From a virus (Duplodnaviria > Caudoviricetes): a stretch of DNA of 64,000 bases. Of this stretch, positions 1 through 9,396 are shown in pieces. Every line of letters starts with the position of its first letter. The first letter of the stretch is position 1. A model generated the notes under the pieces. It worked only from the letters and a program-made list of their open reading frames with translations. It was not told the DNA's origin and did no database searches. The position numbers were made by a program, and so were the translations under genes. The DNA is taken from IMG/VR virus record IMGVR_UViG_3300028596_000001; one strand, given 5' to 3'.

Positions 1-249
1 AACATTGTTAGCCTGCGCATCATGGCTAAAGAAGCGTTAGCTGCGGGCAGTCCTTTCGCGATCAAGTTCCGTGTGGCTGAAAATGTCAGCGTGGACCTGG
101 AAGCCGAGGAAGTGGTTGCAATGTCCGATGCTGTTGCTGCACAAGTGCAAGCAGGTTATCAGGCTATCTGGGATCTGAAAGACCTCACCGAACTGGCTGA
201 GACCATCGCAGAGATTCCGGAAATCCCGACTTCCATCTTCTCCTTGTAA
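1..249 (+). CDS. C-terminal part of tail-fibre-associated protein (DUF4376-like), truncated by window edge
   Basis: Frame is open from base 1 (NIVSLRIMAKEAL...); FRVAENVSVDLEAEEVVAM...YQAIWDLK resembles DUF4376-type fibre assembly proteins. Confidence 0.45.
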   Translation, partial: NIVSLRIMAKEALAAGSPFAIKFRVAENVSVDLEAEEVVAMSDAVAAQVQAGYQAIWDLKDLTELAETIAEIPEIPTSIFSL

Positions 250-253
250 CGTA

Positions 254-288
254 TAAGGGACTAGGTGGTAACCCCACCTAGTCCCTTA
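254..288. other. Perfect 15-bp stem hairpin without U-tract
   Basis: TAAGGGACTAGGTGG-TAACC-CCACCTAGTCCCTTA, abutting the AGGAG RBS of the next gene. Confidence 0.7.
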
Positions 289-298
289 GGAGTTTCTC

Positions 299-1357
299 AT
301 GCTCGAACTTCTACACGGAGGAACCGGGGGCGTACGCCCTACGTACCCTAACTCTGGTCCTGGTACTAAGGTTTTACAATACGGCAACGAGGAGATCGGT
401 TACTTTGGCGAGGTTACAGGGGCACAGTTGTTTACCCCCAAAGAGTACATGACTCTTGCCAGAGCGTATTTCGGTAACCATGATAACACTGCCGATGCTT
501 TGTCCAACATCTGGCTGAAGTACTTCTTTAAAGGTAAAGTTGTTTTCATCGCCAAAATTCCTTTTGCGGCCAACGTCAACTGGAATGAAATTTATTTGTC
601 CGGTTTGGTTTACGGAACTCAGAACAATGGCAAGTACCCTGCGGGCAACGAACCGACGTGGCAATACAACCCGTTGTTCAAACAGGAAGGCCAGCGCAAT
701 TGGGCTTTGATCCCTCGTCTGATCAAAGGTGTGGCGACCGATCCGTTTACTACCTTCAACGACGCGGCGTATACGGGTAGTGAATGGACGGAGTTGGTGG
801 GTCGCTGCTTCGTTGGTCCTAACCCACCGGTTAGTGAGAAGTGGGCATCGTTCTCGGTTGCAGATCTTCGCTTCGACACCAACCGTTATTTCTGGGCTCA
901 AGAAACCGACAACGCTAACGTCAACAATGCGTTGTACCTAACCAACGGTTCTGCCACGTTCTTTACCCGCACTAGCTTGGTTAAGACCTACCAGGCCATG
1001 TGGTATCGACCAGTGCTGGAATTGGTTGATGCTGCAAACGGTGGTGTGTTCCCTGCTGCTAATATTAAGATCAAGCCGTCTGAGGATATCGCGGATATCT
1101 GGTTGCTTGATACTGATATTGAACCAGGCGACCCCGATCTCAACTTGGGTATTAACAACATCCGTATTGAAGACCAAGGCGTTAAAGACCTCCTGGTTAC
1201 TTACTCCTTCGATCCAAGCACTCCTAGCCGGCCAAACAACATCAATGGCATGGTAGAAAGCAGTGACTGGAAATTGTTTGGCATTACTGGCGTTTATGTT
1301 GAGCCAAGCAACTTCGAACTCCCGCCAACGTATTACGAAATCCTGAAAGGCGAGTGA
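299..1357 (+). CDS. Virion structural protein, GPG..GD..GYFGEV / WRPVLEL paralog family
   Basis: SGPGTKVLQYGNEEIGYFGEV ... WYRPVLELV; AGGAG RBS; motif shared with the next four genes. Confidence 0.7.
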   Translation: MLELLHGGTGGVRPTYPNSGPGTKVLQYGNEEIGYFGEVTGAQLFTPKEYMTLARAYFGNHDNTADALSNIWLKYFFKGKVVFIAKIPFAANVNWNEIYLSGLVYGTQNNGKYPAGNEPTWQYNPLFKQEGQRNWALIPRLIKGVATDPFTTFNDAAYTGSEWTELVGRCFVGPNPPVSEKWASFSVADLRFDTNRYFWAQETDNANVNNALYLTNGSATFFTRTSLVKTYQAMWYRPVLELVDAANGGVFPAANIKIKPSEDIADIWLLDTDIEPGDPDLNLGINNIRIEDQGVKDLLVTYSFDPSTPSRPNNINGMVESSDWKLFGITGVYVEPSNFELPPTYYEILKGE

Positions 1358-1358
1358 T

Positions 1359-2306
1359 ATGAAAAACATGATTAAGTGGGATAACCTCACTCAAATGCCG
1401 TTCACCACTAACGTCTACCGTGGTAACGCCCCGCTGGACCGGGCTGCATTGTCCAACCCCATTGCTACGTTGACTGCTGGTGAAACCCAGTACGAAGACG
1501 ACGTGGTTCGTGGGCAGACTTACTACTACGTGCTCGAAACCGTAAAGGGTAGCGACAAGGTCCCTAGCAACAACATCCAAGTAGTTGCCTTGCCGAAAAA
1601 AGGTCCTGGTCCTATCGCTTTGAAACAAGGCGATTACAACTACGGCTATTACGGTACGATCCCTACACGTGACTTCATTGGCACGCAGGGCATCCTCGAC
1701 CAAACCAAACTTGTACTCAACGCCGGCAGCGCGATCCTACAACTTTCCCCTACCTGGCATAAATACATCCGTAACGGTAAGGTGTTGTACGTACCTAACG
1801 GCCCGCTGATTTCCGGGTTGTGGTATAAAAACGTCTATGACGCTGGATGTGTATTTGGTGTCGCCGGTCCTGGTCCTTACAACGCTGGCGCTGATGTACC
1901 ACAGAGCAAAACTGTGGATATCGGTGGTACCAAGTTCAAAGTACGTCTGATGAAAGGTTGGAGTGATGATGTAACGGTTCAGCCACCATCTTCCCCGGCT
2001 TCGTCAGAACTCCTTAACCCGCTCCTTAACGAATGGGACGACCTGGTCTACCCGTTGTATGAGTACGTACCTACGTCCCAGCGGATGGCCAACGTGCAAC
2101 AGCAGACCCGCACCCAACTCAAACTCGACGCTACTAACGTCGGACGGTTTATGTGTCAAGAACGTTGGCAGGGTAGTACACCAATTTTCCGTGGTATAAC
2201 TGTCGCTGGTCGCCCAGCAGTAACCACTATCGGTGTTGACGGTAACGTTAGCATTACTGCTAACTTCATGTCGTGGTGGCCTGTACTGGAACTCGTCGAA
2301 AACTAA
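1359..2306 (+). CDS. Virion structural paralog with N-terminal FN3/Ig-like module
   Basis: MIKWDN..NVYRG..YYYVLE; GPGPIALKQGDYNYGYYGTI; ends WWPVLELVEN. Confidence 0.7.
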   Translation: MKNMIKWDNLTQMPFTTNVYRGNAPLDRAALSNPIATLTAGETQYEDDVVRGQTYYYVLETVKGSDKVPSNNIQVVALPKKGPGPIALKQGDYNYGYYGTIPTRDFIGTQGILDQTKLVLNAGSAILQLSPTWHKYIRNGKVLYVPNGPLISGLWYKNVYDAGCVFGVAGPGPYNAGADVPQSKTVDIGGTKFKVRLMKGWSDDVTVQPPSSPASSELLNPLLNEWDDLVYPLYEYVPTSQRMANVQQQTRTQLKLDATNVGRFMCQERWQGSTPIFRGITVAGRPAVTTIGVDGNVSITANFMSWWPVLELVEN

Positions 2307-2316
2307 GGAGATCTAA

Positions 2317-3288
2317 ATGAGCATTAAAATCGCTTGGTCTCCTTTCGGCAGTGTGCCCGACCAACTGACGTTGTTTTGGAGTGATTCCCCGTTCACTGCC
2401 GAGACCCTACCACCTGACAGTGTAAACATCCCGCCAGCTAACGTTGATTACGTGGACGATGGTGTAGCGGAACGTGCTACACGGTACTACATGCTGCTGG
2501 CTAAAAAGGCTAACAAGCCAGATCATTACAGCCAATGTCTGTGCTATGCCAACTGGAAGAAGACCGGTCCAGGGCGTAGCACTATCCTGCGTGGCGACTG
2601 GAACATTGGGTTGATGGACATTATTACTAGTAGTCAACTCTTCACCGCAAGTGAATTGAAAACGGCACTAGGATTAGGTGTGGGCTTTGGCGGTAACGTA
2701 AACGATGCGGTGGCTGGTCATTGGTATAAGTTCATCCGCAGGGGTAAGATTATTTTTATCCCTACCGCGCCACTTTCCAATACCGGCACCATACGTTGGA
2801 CTGATTTGTATAACGCGGGTCTTGTGTACGGCGTGGATGGTCCTGGGGCGGCTCCATTTAATTTAACGACTGCCGGTTTAACACCTCCAGTAACAGCTCC
2901 AGTCAACCAAAAGCGAGTAGTCGTTAAAGACGGGCACAGCTTCTTGGTGCGTACTCCAACCCTCAGCACGCTACCTACCGACCAGTTCATGGGAGCTAAC
3001 AAGGATACGTTCCCCGGTGGTGAGTGGTGGGAAACCATGGTCATGGTGACCCTTAACCATATAGAGGCGGATGACGTTAGCAAAATACCACCGCTCAGGT
3101 GGGGTGATTCTGCTGGGGCACCAGCAAACTGGTGGTCTTGTGGTGCGACACCGCACTTCAGGCCAAACACATTCGCCACCTGCCTAAGTGCCAACAACTG
3201 GTCTGGTTATACCCCTCGTGACGCTAAGGGGACCTTGGCATCTAACTGGGTCAACTGGGTGCCTGTACTCGAATACATTCCTGAATAA
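2317..3288 (+). CDS. Virion structural paralog with N-terminal FN3/Ig-like module
   Basis: MSIKIAW..RYYML; GPGRSTILRGDWNIG; ends WVPVLEYIPE. Confidence 0.7.
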   Translation: MSIKIAWSPFGSVPDQLTLFWSDSPFTAETLPPDSVNIPPANVDYVDDGVAERATRYYMLLAKKANKPDHYSQCLCYANWKKTGPGRSTILRGDWNIGLMDIITSSQLFTASELKTALGLGVGFGGNVNDAVAGHWYKFIRRGKIIFIPTAPLSNTGTIRWTDLYNAGLVYGVDGPGAAPFNLTTAGLTPPVTAPVNQKRVVVKDGHSFLVRTPTLSTLPTDQFMGANKDTFPGGEWWETMVMVTLNHIEADDVSKIPPLRWGDSAGAPANWWSCGATPHFRPNTFATCLSANNWSGYTPRDAKGTLASNWVNWVPVLEYIPE

Positions 3289-3299
3289 AGGTAAACACC

Positions 3300-4217
3300 A
3301 TGGGAATCAGAATTGAATGGGTTGACCCTAACCAGGCCAACGCCCCCGTCAGCATCTATCGGTCTGAAAACAAGATGCTTGACGACAACAATCTGCCTGA
3401 ACCCATCGCGGTAGTTCCTAGCAACACCGGATTCTACCTCGATGAGGACATCATCCGTAATAAACTGTATTACTACCGTGTGGCTACTCCTGGCGTAGAG
3501 GGGAGCGGTGAGCTGGTCATTACCCCTAACAAGGGGTTGATGTTCATGCCGTACACAGGCCCGGGTCCCAAGAACATCATTCGTGGTGATTACGAGTTCG
3601 GTATCTTTGGTCGCATGCCCATGGGTAACTTGTTCAGTGCCCAAGAGCTCGTTAGTTGGTCCGGTATCGATGTTATCACCGAAACAGTTCCAGGCATCCC
3701 TAACGAATGGGTTAAGTTCATCCACAAGGGCAAGATCTATTTCACACCGACGATGCCTATTGCAACCAAGGTATCATGGCTCAGCCTGTATAACGCTGGC
3801 TTGGTTTACGGGGAGATCCCGAAGGTTGAGTGGCCGCCGCTCGTCAAAGATACTTACCCATTCGTCCCGCAGAACAAAACGATCTCCCTAAGAGAGCATT
3901 TGTTCGGTGTTCGTTTCCCTACGTCGCGTAAGAATTCGCAAAGTACCGCCGGGGATCAAGCCAGTCTGATTGGGGGAGAATGGGATCAGTTCATTGCCAG
4001 CCTGTATGTGGTAAGGACTTTCCCCGACGCTAACGGTAATCCACAATTGGACGACAACGGCAACCCACCATACGCCAGCTTCACTACCGACGTTAGCGTG
4101 GCCGGTTGTTTGAACCGCGGGTACTCCACCGCAGGGGATAGTACATTTAACTCATTGCCTAGTGGCACCACCGATGCTGTAAACGGCTGGCGTCCGTTGC
4201 TTACACTGATCCTTTAA
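3300..4217 (+). CDS. Virion structural paralog with N-terminal FN3/Ig-like module
   Basis: MGIRIEW..SIYRS..LYYYRV; GPGPKNIIRGDYEFGIFG; ends WRPLLTLIL. Confidence 0.7.
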   Translation: MGIRIEWVDPNQANAPVSIYRSENKMLDDNNLPEPIAVVPSNTGFYLDEDIIRNKLYYYRVATPGVEGSGELVITPNKGLMFMPYTGPGPKNIIRGDYEFGIFGRMPMGNLFSAQELVSWSGIDVITETVPGIPNEWVKFIHKGKIYFTPTMPIATKVSWLSLYNAGLVYGEIPKVEWPPLVKDTYPFVPQNKTISLREHLFGVRFPTSRKNSQSTAGDQASLIGGEWDQFIASLYVVRTFPDANGNPQLDDNGNPPYASFTTDVSVAGCLNRGYSTAGDSTFNSLPSGTTDAVNGWRPLLTLIL

Positions 4218-4228
4218 AGGAACCGCAT

Positions 4229-6229
4229 ATGGAGATTTTCCTAAGTGTCCTGGATGGGAAAAAGGAATATCCCTACCCAGATGACAAATATCTGGGGGAA
4301 GTGGCCAGCGGTGATTTCATTGACGGTGTTACTCTGGCTGCCAATTTGGGTCTTACTGCGGGCATCTCCCAAAACGCTACAACCAGCTGGCTCAAGTTCC
4401 AAGCCCAGGAAGGCTATACGTTCCTGATTCCTAAGAAGAGTTTGCGCTATCGCCTCTCTTGGGATTCCTTGAATACGGCTAACGTAATCAATGGAGTCAA
4501 GACGGTCCTGGTTCAGGGCAACCTTTATAAGGTCCGGGTGCTCAAAGGCGCTGAAGCGAATCCAACTGGATGGACTTCAGCGCTGGGCCAGGATAACCCA
4601 GCTATTGCGAATCCTTCAGAATGGAACCGCTTCGTGCACAGGGTCAGTGCAAACAATCCTGGACTTGCCTCCAACTGGGAAAGTTTCAGCAATACTGACC
4701 TGGGTGTTGCCAACGGTACTACCATCGGGCGAATGAGCATCTGTACGGAAGAAGTTGCTGCCATGTCTGGCTATGTGATTGGACGTGGTAATACAGCGTT
4801 GTCGGAATTCAACTACTTCACCAAGCTCGATGGAACGAGCACTGCGCAAAACCATTACGGCTGGCGCCCGGTATTGGAGTTGATTGGCCCTGCACCTTAC
4901 TACCCTGATTCAGGTCCAGGTAGTAAGTACCTAATAACCGGTGACGAGCAATTGGGTTACTTCGGTGAAGTTAGTGCCGCTGATCTGATGACCCACATCG
5001 AACTACGTAACCACCTTAATCCGGCAATGGTTGCGGACATTCGCGTTCAATCTGATTTGGGTTGGTTCAAGTTCTACCATAAAGGGAAGGTGAAGTTCAT
5101 CGGCAAGGGTAGTTTCTCTACCTACCTGTCCTGGAACACGTTGTATGCTAACGGCGGTGTCTACGGCACTAACGATAACGGCAAATACCCGGCCTCAACT
5201 CCGGTTAACCAATATCGTCCTGTGACGTTGGTTCGTGAAGGTGTTGATTGTAAGTTGGTTCCTCGGCTGATTACCGGCGGTCCAGACCCTTACACATCAG
5301 CTACCGCCTACCACACGGATAACGAGTACGGTGATCTCCTTTATCGGATGGTTACTGGCGCGCATCCTAACGCAGGTTTGTGGGCTAGCTACACAACTAC
5401 TGCGCTGCGACTAAACCAAGCCCACACGTGTGTTAGTACACAGGACACTAACTCAGCTAACTCCATGATCCGTGGTTATTCTGGTAACCTACACGCCGGC
5501 GCACAAAACTTAAGCAAGGCCGATATCAACGGCTACAGTCAACACATCCGCATGGTGTTGGAACTGGAGAGTATTGTTAGACGACCTTTGTTGGCTTTGG
5601 ACCCTTCTGATCAAACAGCAGGTTCTACGGTTATCGAAGATAAATCCGGTCGTGCCCTCACAGTAAGCAACGTTGGTGTGGTGGTATCTGATGACGGTCC
5701 TAAACCAGGCGTTAAGTCGATGTACTTCGACGGTACTGGATGGAATTATCTGCGTATCCCGCATGCGCAAGTACCTAACATCCTCCGTGGTGATTTCACC
5801 ATTGAGTATTGGTACAAACCGCAAACTAATGCCAACGGCTTGAGTGCTGTATTCAACCAATGGCAGCAAGCTGCTGGCCTGGGCGGTGTGGTTTGCTCGA
5901 CGGCAAGCCCGACAGCTCAAACCTGTCACTTCGGTCCATTCAACGAGAACGGTGCGTTAATAACAGCAAGCGCTCCTCCACCAGGTTGGGTGCATGAAGC
6001 GATTACCCGTAAGGGTGATACCTTCACACGTTGGCGTGATGGTAAGTCTGTGGGTACAGCTCTCAGCGCTACGTCCAGAGACAAGATAGCTATTGACTGG
6101 ACTGTCGGTGCCTACTTTGGCCCTGCCGGTACTGTACCAGCTAACGGGGCGACTGTGTTGAATGGTTGGGTGGCTAAGCTGGCTATTACTGGCTATTGCA
6201 AGTACACTGCGGAATTTACCCCTGAATAA
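4229..6229 (+). CDS. Virion structural protein: two paralog domains plus C-terminal LamG/concanavalin-like domain
   Basis: YLGEVAS..WRPVLEL, then GPGSKYLITGDEQLGYFGEV..MVLEL, then YFDG..DFTIEYW..WVHEAITRKG..KYTAEFTP. Confidence 0.7.
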   Translation: MEIFLSVLDGKKEYPYPDDKYLGEVASGDFIDGVTLAANLGLTAGISQNATTSWLKFQAQEGYTFLIPKKSLRYRLSWDSLNTANVINGVKTVLVQGNLYKVRVLKGAEANPTGWTSALGQDNPAIANPSEWNRFVHRVSANNPGLASNWESFSNTDLGVANGTTIGRMSICTEEVAAMSGYVIGRGNTALSEFNYFTKLDGTSTAQNHYGWRPVLELIGPAPYYPDSGPGSKYLITGDEQLGYFGEVSAADLMTHIELRNHLNPAMVADIRVQSDLGWFKFYHKGKVKFIGKGSFSTYLSWNTLYANGGVYGTNDNGKYPASTPVNQYRPVTLVREGVDCKLVPRLITGGPDPYTSATAYHTDNEYGDLLYRMVTGAHPNAGLWASYTTTALRLNQAHTCVSTQDTNSANSMIRGYSGNLHAGAQNLSKADINGYSQHIRMVLELESIVRRPLLALDPSDQTAGSTVIEDKSGRALTVSNVGVVVSDDGPKPGVKSMYFDGTGWNYLRIPHAQVPNILRGDFTIEYWYKPQTNANGLSAVFNQWQQAAGLGGVVCSTASPTAQTCHFGPFNENGALITASAPPPGWVHEAITRKGDTFTRWRDGKSVGTALSATSRDKIAIDWTVGAYFGPAGTVPANGATVLNGWVAKLAITGYCKYTAEFTPE

Positions 6230-6236
6230 GGAATGA

Positions 6237-6698
6237 TTGATGAGTACATTCACTAAGTTCTCCGGTGAAGAAGCATTGGTGTATAACCACGAACTCAGCG
6301 AACAGGCTGGTAAAGATTTGTGGAACACCATCCCAGGGTTTCGTTACTACCTGGGTAAAGAGAATTCGAACGAATACGTAGACGTCGAAACTGGCTTTGT
6401 CACGGACGGCGCTACTATTCCTCGGATCCTCTGGTGGTTGCTGCCTCCCATCGGCGAATATTCGCAGTGCACCACGCTGCATGATAAGTTGTGCACGACG
6501 TACTACTATATCCGCTTTGTTGATGGCGTGGAAGTCAAGGTTGCGCTCACCCGCAAACAGATCGATGAGATCTTGAAAGAATCCATGGATGTGAAGAAAG
6601 TGACGTGGTGGAAGAAGAAGGCTATCATGGCCGGCGTAAACTTGCACCGCATCTTGAGAAACCCCACCGCTCCTAAACCGGTTTACGAACTGGCTTAA
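6237..6698 (+). CDS. DUF1353 family protein
   Basis: VETGFVTDGATIPRILWW...TLHDKL matches the DUF1353 signature. Confidence 0.75.
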   Translation: MMSTFTKFSGEEALVYNHELSEQAGKDLWNTIPGFRYYLGKENSNEYVDVETGFVTDGATIPRILWWLLPPIGEYSQCTTLHDKLCTTYYYIRFVDGVEVKVALTRKQIDEILKESMDVKKVTWWKKKAIMAGVNLHRILRNPTAPKPVYELA

Positions 6699-6757
6699 GA
6701 CAAAAAAAGAAAAGACTATTAGTACCCCTAGCCCTTAACGGGCTAGGGGTACTAATA
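6699..6757 (-). terminator. Intrinsic terminator at convergent junction
   Basis: 18-bp stem TATTAGTACCCCTAGCCC-TTAAC-GGGCTAGGGGTACTAATA; adjacent A-run is the U-tract on the minus strand. Confidence 0.8.
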
Positions 6758-6762
6758 CCTAA

Positions 6763-7257
6763 TCAGCGCAGATCATCCCAATGTTCATCTGGGATATCAT
6801 CTCCCTCTTCTTCGTCGAGAGCGTCATCCTCGACTTCGTCATCTTCATCTTCTGGTTCATCTTCTTCGTCCTGACGTTGCTCGTAGATCACCGCATCGTC
6901 ATAACGTTCAACACGAGCTATGTGTACATCACGTTCTTGGCAGCACTTACAAACAATCAATGGCTCATCGCCAGAAGAAGCACAGAAGTCATACCACCGC
7001 CAGTCGATTGTGTCTTTAACCTTAACGGTCTGCAGACAATCGACGCAAGTGGTATCTTGCTCACCAGCTGCTGTTTCACAGCTAACGCGACACTCCTCGC
7101 AAACAATGTGCGCGAATACGAGACCACTGTCGTCTCGCTCGTAGAAGTAACCGACAGCTTTACTCAAATCTTCTTTAGTGCAATGCTCGCAGTAATCGGC
7201 ATCGTCCACGATAGTGTTGAACGATTTAGTGTGACGGAACCCGGTAGTATTAGCCAT
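6763..7257 (-). CDS. Cys-rich (Zn-binding) protein with acidic tail
   Basis: CEHC, CEEC, CVDC, CKCC; C-terminal D/E run. Confidence 0.65.
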   Translation of the reverse strand: MANTTGFRHTKSFNTIVDDADYCEHCTKEDLSKAVGYFYERDDSGLVFAHIVCEECRVSCETAAGEQDTTCVDCLQTVKVKDTIDWRWYDFCASSGDEPLIVCKCCQERDVHIARVERYDDAVIYEQRQDEEDEPEDEDDEVEDDALDEEEGDDIPDEHWDDLR

Positions 7258-7269
7258 GTTCAGTAATCC

Positions 7270-7797
7270 TTAAGCAGCTTGAAAGTTATTAGCGATGTTC
7301 TCCAAATGGAGAGCAGTAGCTTCTTCAATAGAGATACCTTTAATAAAGGCAATCTGTGCAGCATACGCTTCTACTTCCCAAGGAGTAGCAGCATAAGAAG
7401 TCAGGTCAGCAGACAGGTTAACTTCTTCACCTTCCCAGAACAACTGAGTAGCGGTACCAGTCAAACGACCTTCCTCATGTTGGATGAGGTGAGTACGTTC
7501 GTGTACCAGAAAGCTTTGCAGAGCACGCTGACGACGACCAGCATCAGCTTGTTCCAGCATGTTCAAAGTGCTAACGATTTTGGTAGGGTTAATGATCAGA
7601 GCGACCACTGGACCTTTGCCATCTTCGAAGTCGTAACCAGTAACACAAGCCTCATAACCAGCAGCATCGAATACAGGCACCATACCTTCTTCGACTACTA
7701 GTACGTGAACATCATGAGGAATCAACATATCATAACCTTCTTTACCGAAGATAGTGATGAAGTCCTCAATCGAAATATTGCGCAGTTCCATGACCAA
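7270..7797 (-). CDS. Putative zincin-like metallopeptidase
   Basis: LVHERTHLIQH (HExxH) plus PWEVEAY. Confidence 0.6.
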   Translation of the reverse strand: MVMELRNISIEDFITIFGKEGYDMLIPHDVHVLVVEEGMVPVFDAAGYEACVTGYDFEDGKGPVVALIINPTKIVSTLNMLEQADAGRRQRALQSFLVHERTHLIQHEEGRLTGTATQLFWEGEEVNLSADLTSYAATPWEVEAYAAQIAFIKGISIEEATALHLENIANNFQAA

Positions 7798-7843
7798 TTC
7801 CTTTTTAAAGTAGTTAGTAATCCAAATGAATTACTGTTACATT

Positions 7844-7866
7844 CATCCTGGTTATATAGGTCTGAA
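7844..7866 (-). promoter_or_regulatory. Candidate phage early promoter (variant TATATAAC)
   Basis: Minus strand TTCAGACC-TATATAAC-CAGGATG upstream of 7797. Confidence 0.6.
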
Positions 7867-7895
7867 ACACCCCAGAAATTAAAAGAAGTATAATA

Positions 7896-7929
7896 ACCTC
7901 CTACTACCCCGTCAAGGGTAGTAGGAGGT
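7896..7929 (-). terminator. Intergenic hairpin, probable terminator
   Basis: 14-bp stem ACCTCCTACTACCC/GGGTAGTAGGAGGT with A-rich flank. Confidence 0.7.
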
Positions 7930-7935
7930 GTATCT

Positions 7936-8313
7936 TCAGAAGTTGCGAACAGCCGATTTATCAGTGTCGTCCAAATCGGCATTGTTTTGCCAAACAGTAC
8001 GGGTGATGACCCCCATCAATTGATAGAAGTCAGTCATGACCTTGTAGTTCTTTAGGACTTCTTTCTCCAGTACATCATGAGAACGAATAGGCACAATCTC
8101 CAACTTGGTCTTGGCCTTATTGTCTTCCTTATATACTTTCGCCTGCACACTGTAACACAGAATGCCGTGATGCTTGTAATGGAGAACCACCGAGTTGTTT
8201 GGTTTATCCCACTCCAGGTACACTTCTGCCTTACAGTATTCGTAACGAAGGTACAAAGGACACAAACGCAAAATGCTCAGCGTCAATGCCATGATTTCCT
8301 GTTCTTTAGTCAT
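7936..8313 (-). CDS. Hypothetical protein
   Basis: ORF in the minus-strand gene tiling. Confidence 0.6.
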   Translation of the reverse strand: MTKEQEIMALTLSILRLCPLYLRYEYCKAEVYLEWDKPNNSVVLHYKHHGILCYSVQAKVYKEDNKAKTKLEIVPIRSHDVLEKEVLKNYKVMTDFYQLMGVITRTVWQNNADLDDTDKSAVRNF

Positions 8314-8328
8314 AACCTTTACCCAGCA

Positions 8329-9330
8329 CTAATTAGTTGGTTGTTCCAGCCCGATCTTGTTAGCGTATTCGCCCAGGACCGCTTCAGTGGCCAGCATACG
8401 CGCTTCGCCCTGCTTGTTGGAGTTACCACCCGGAACCCACGGTACCCAGCCTTCTACGTCCTTCCAGGAGTCGTAGATAGTCTCGGCCCGCTTCTCGATC
8501 TCGGCTTTACAGCGAGCCGCTTCCATCTCCATGAGGTATTGCTTGTCCTCGGAGTACGTACCTTCAGGGATGAGGTTCAGAGGCTCAGTAGCCTGACCAG
8601 CAACCCAGGCCCGAACAGTGTAGACCCGACTGGTGTTGTAGTACTTGGACTTGGCGATAGTCAGCACGTTCTTCGCACCGACATCGAACTCGTCATCCCA
8701 GAATGGAATGTACACGCCTTGCTTCAGCAAGTCGCGCGCCAGTGCCACATACGCATGCCAGCGTTTGGTATACTGCTCGGTCAGGAAGTAACCCAGAGCA
8801 ATACCGACCTTGGACGGATCGACCCGGAACTTCTTCTCTTCCAGAATGCGAGGAAGATCAGTGAACTTGTTCATGGCAGTGAGGCCCAGCAAAGCCACCA
8901 GCAAAGGTACCTGACGTTCCAGGCGCGCTTCAGCCACGGCCTCTTCGTACGGATCACGCTTGTCACCAGCTGGGAGCACGTTAGTACCCTGTTGTTCAGC
9001 CACCGTGTTAGGGTAACGGCCTTCCAGCACAGCCACACGACGCGACAGCCAGCGGATACGATCCTTGGCGATCTCGCCCAGCAGGCTCTTGTGGATGTAG
9101 GCACCGTCGGTGCGATGCGACTGCATCATGCGCCGAGTATCTTCTTCGTCGCTGATAGTCGACATCATTGACAGACTGTAGGCGAGTTCATCATCACTGA
9201 GGAGATGTGCACCAGCCAGATCTTCACGCTGGATTTCAACATAACGCGGGTGTGGATCTTTCTCGCCGGTGGCCAGCCACTTCAGGTCAACAACTACGCG
9301 ATCTTCTTTAGACATTTTCTTAATTCCCAA
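8329..9330 (-). CDS. Hypothetical mosaic protein
   Basis: 333-aa ORF with short modules KDRIRWLSRR and GWVPWVPGGNSNKQGEAR. Confidence 0.7.
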   Translation of the reverse strand: MGIKKMSKEDRVVVDLKWLATGEKDPHPRYVEIQREDLAGAHLLSDDELAYSLSMMSTISDEEDTRRMMQSHRTDGAYIHKSLLGEIAKDRIRWLSRRVAVLEGRYPNTVAEQQGTNVLPAGDKRDPYEEAVAEARLERQVPLLVALLGLTAMNKFTDLPRILEEKKFRVDPSKVGIALGYFLTEQYTKRWHAYVALARDLLKQGVYIPFWDDEFDVGAKNVLTIAKSKYYNTSRVYTVRAWVAGQATEPLNLIPEGTYSEDKQYLMEMEAARCKAEIEKRAETIYDSWKDVEGWVPWVPGGNSNKQGEARMLATEAVLGEYANKIGLEQPTN

Positions 9331-9396
9331 ATACGAGTTAGTGGGTCACACCTCCCCACCCTTAGGTAGAGAGGTGTTCGCCGGAAAGGGTGTTAC

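Noticed and set aside
6790-6880. TC-rich tandem-like repeat
   Set aside because: Explained by Asp/Glu codons of the acidic tail of 6763-7257.
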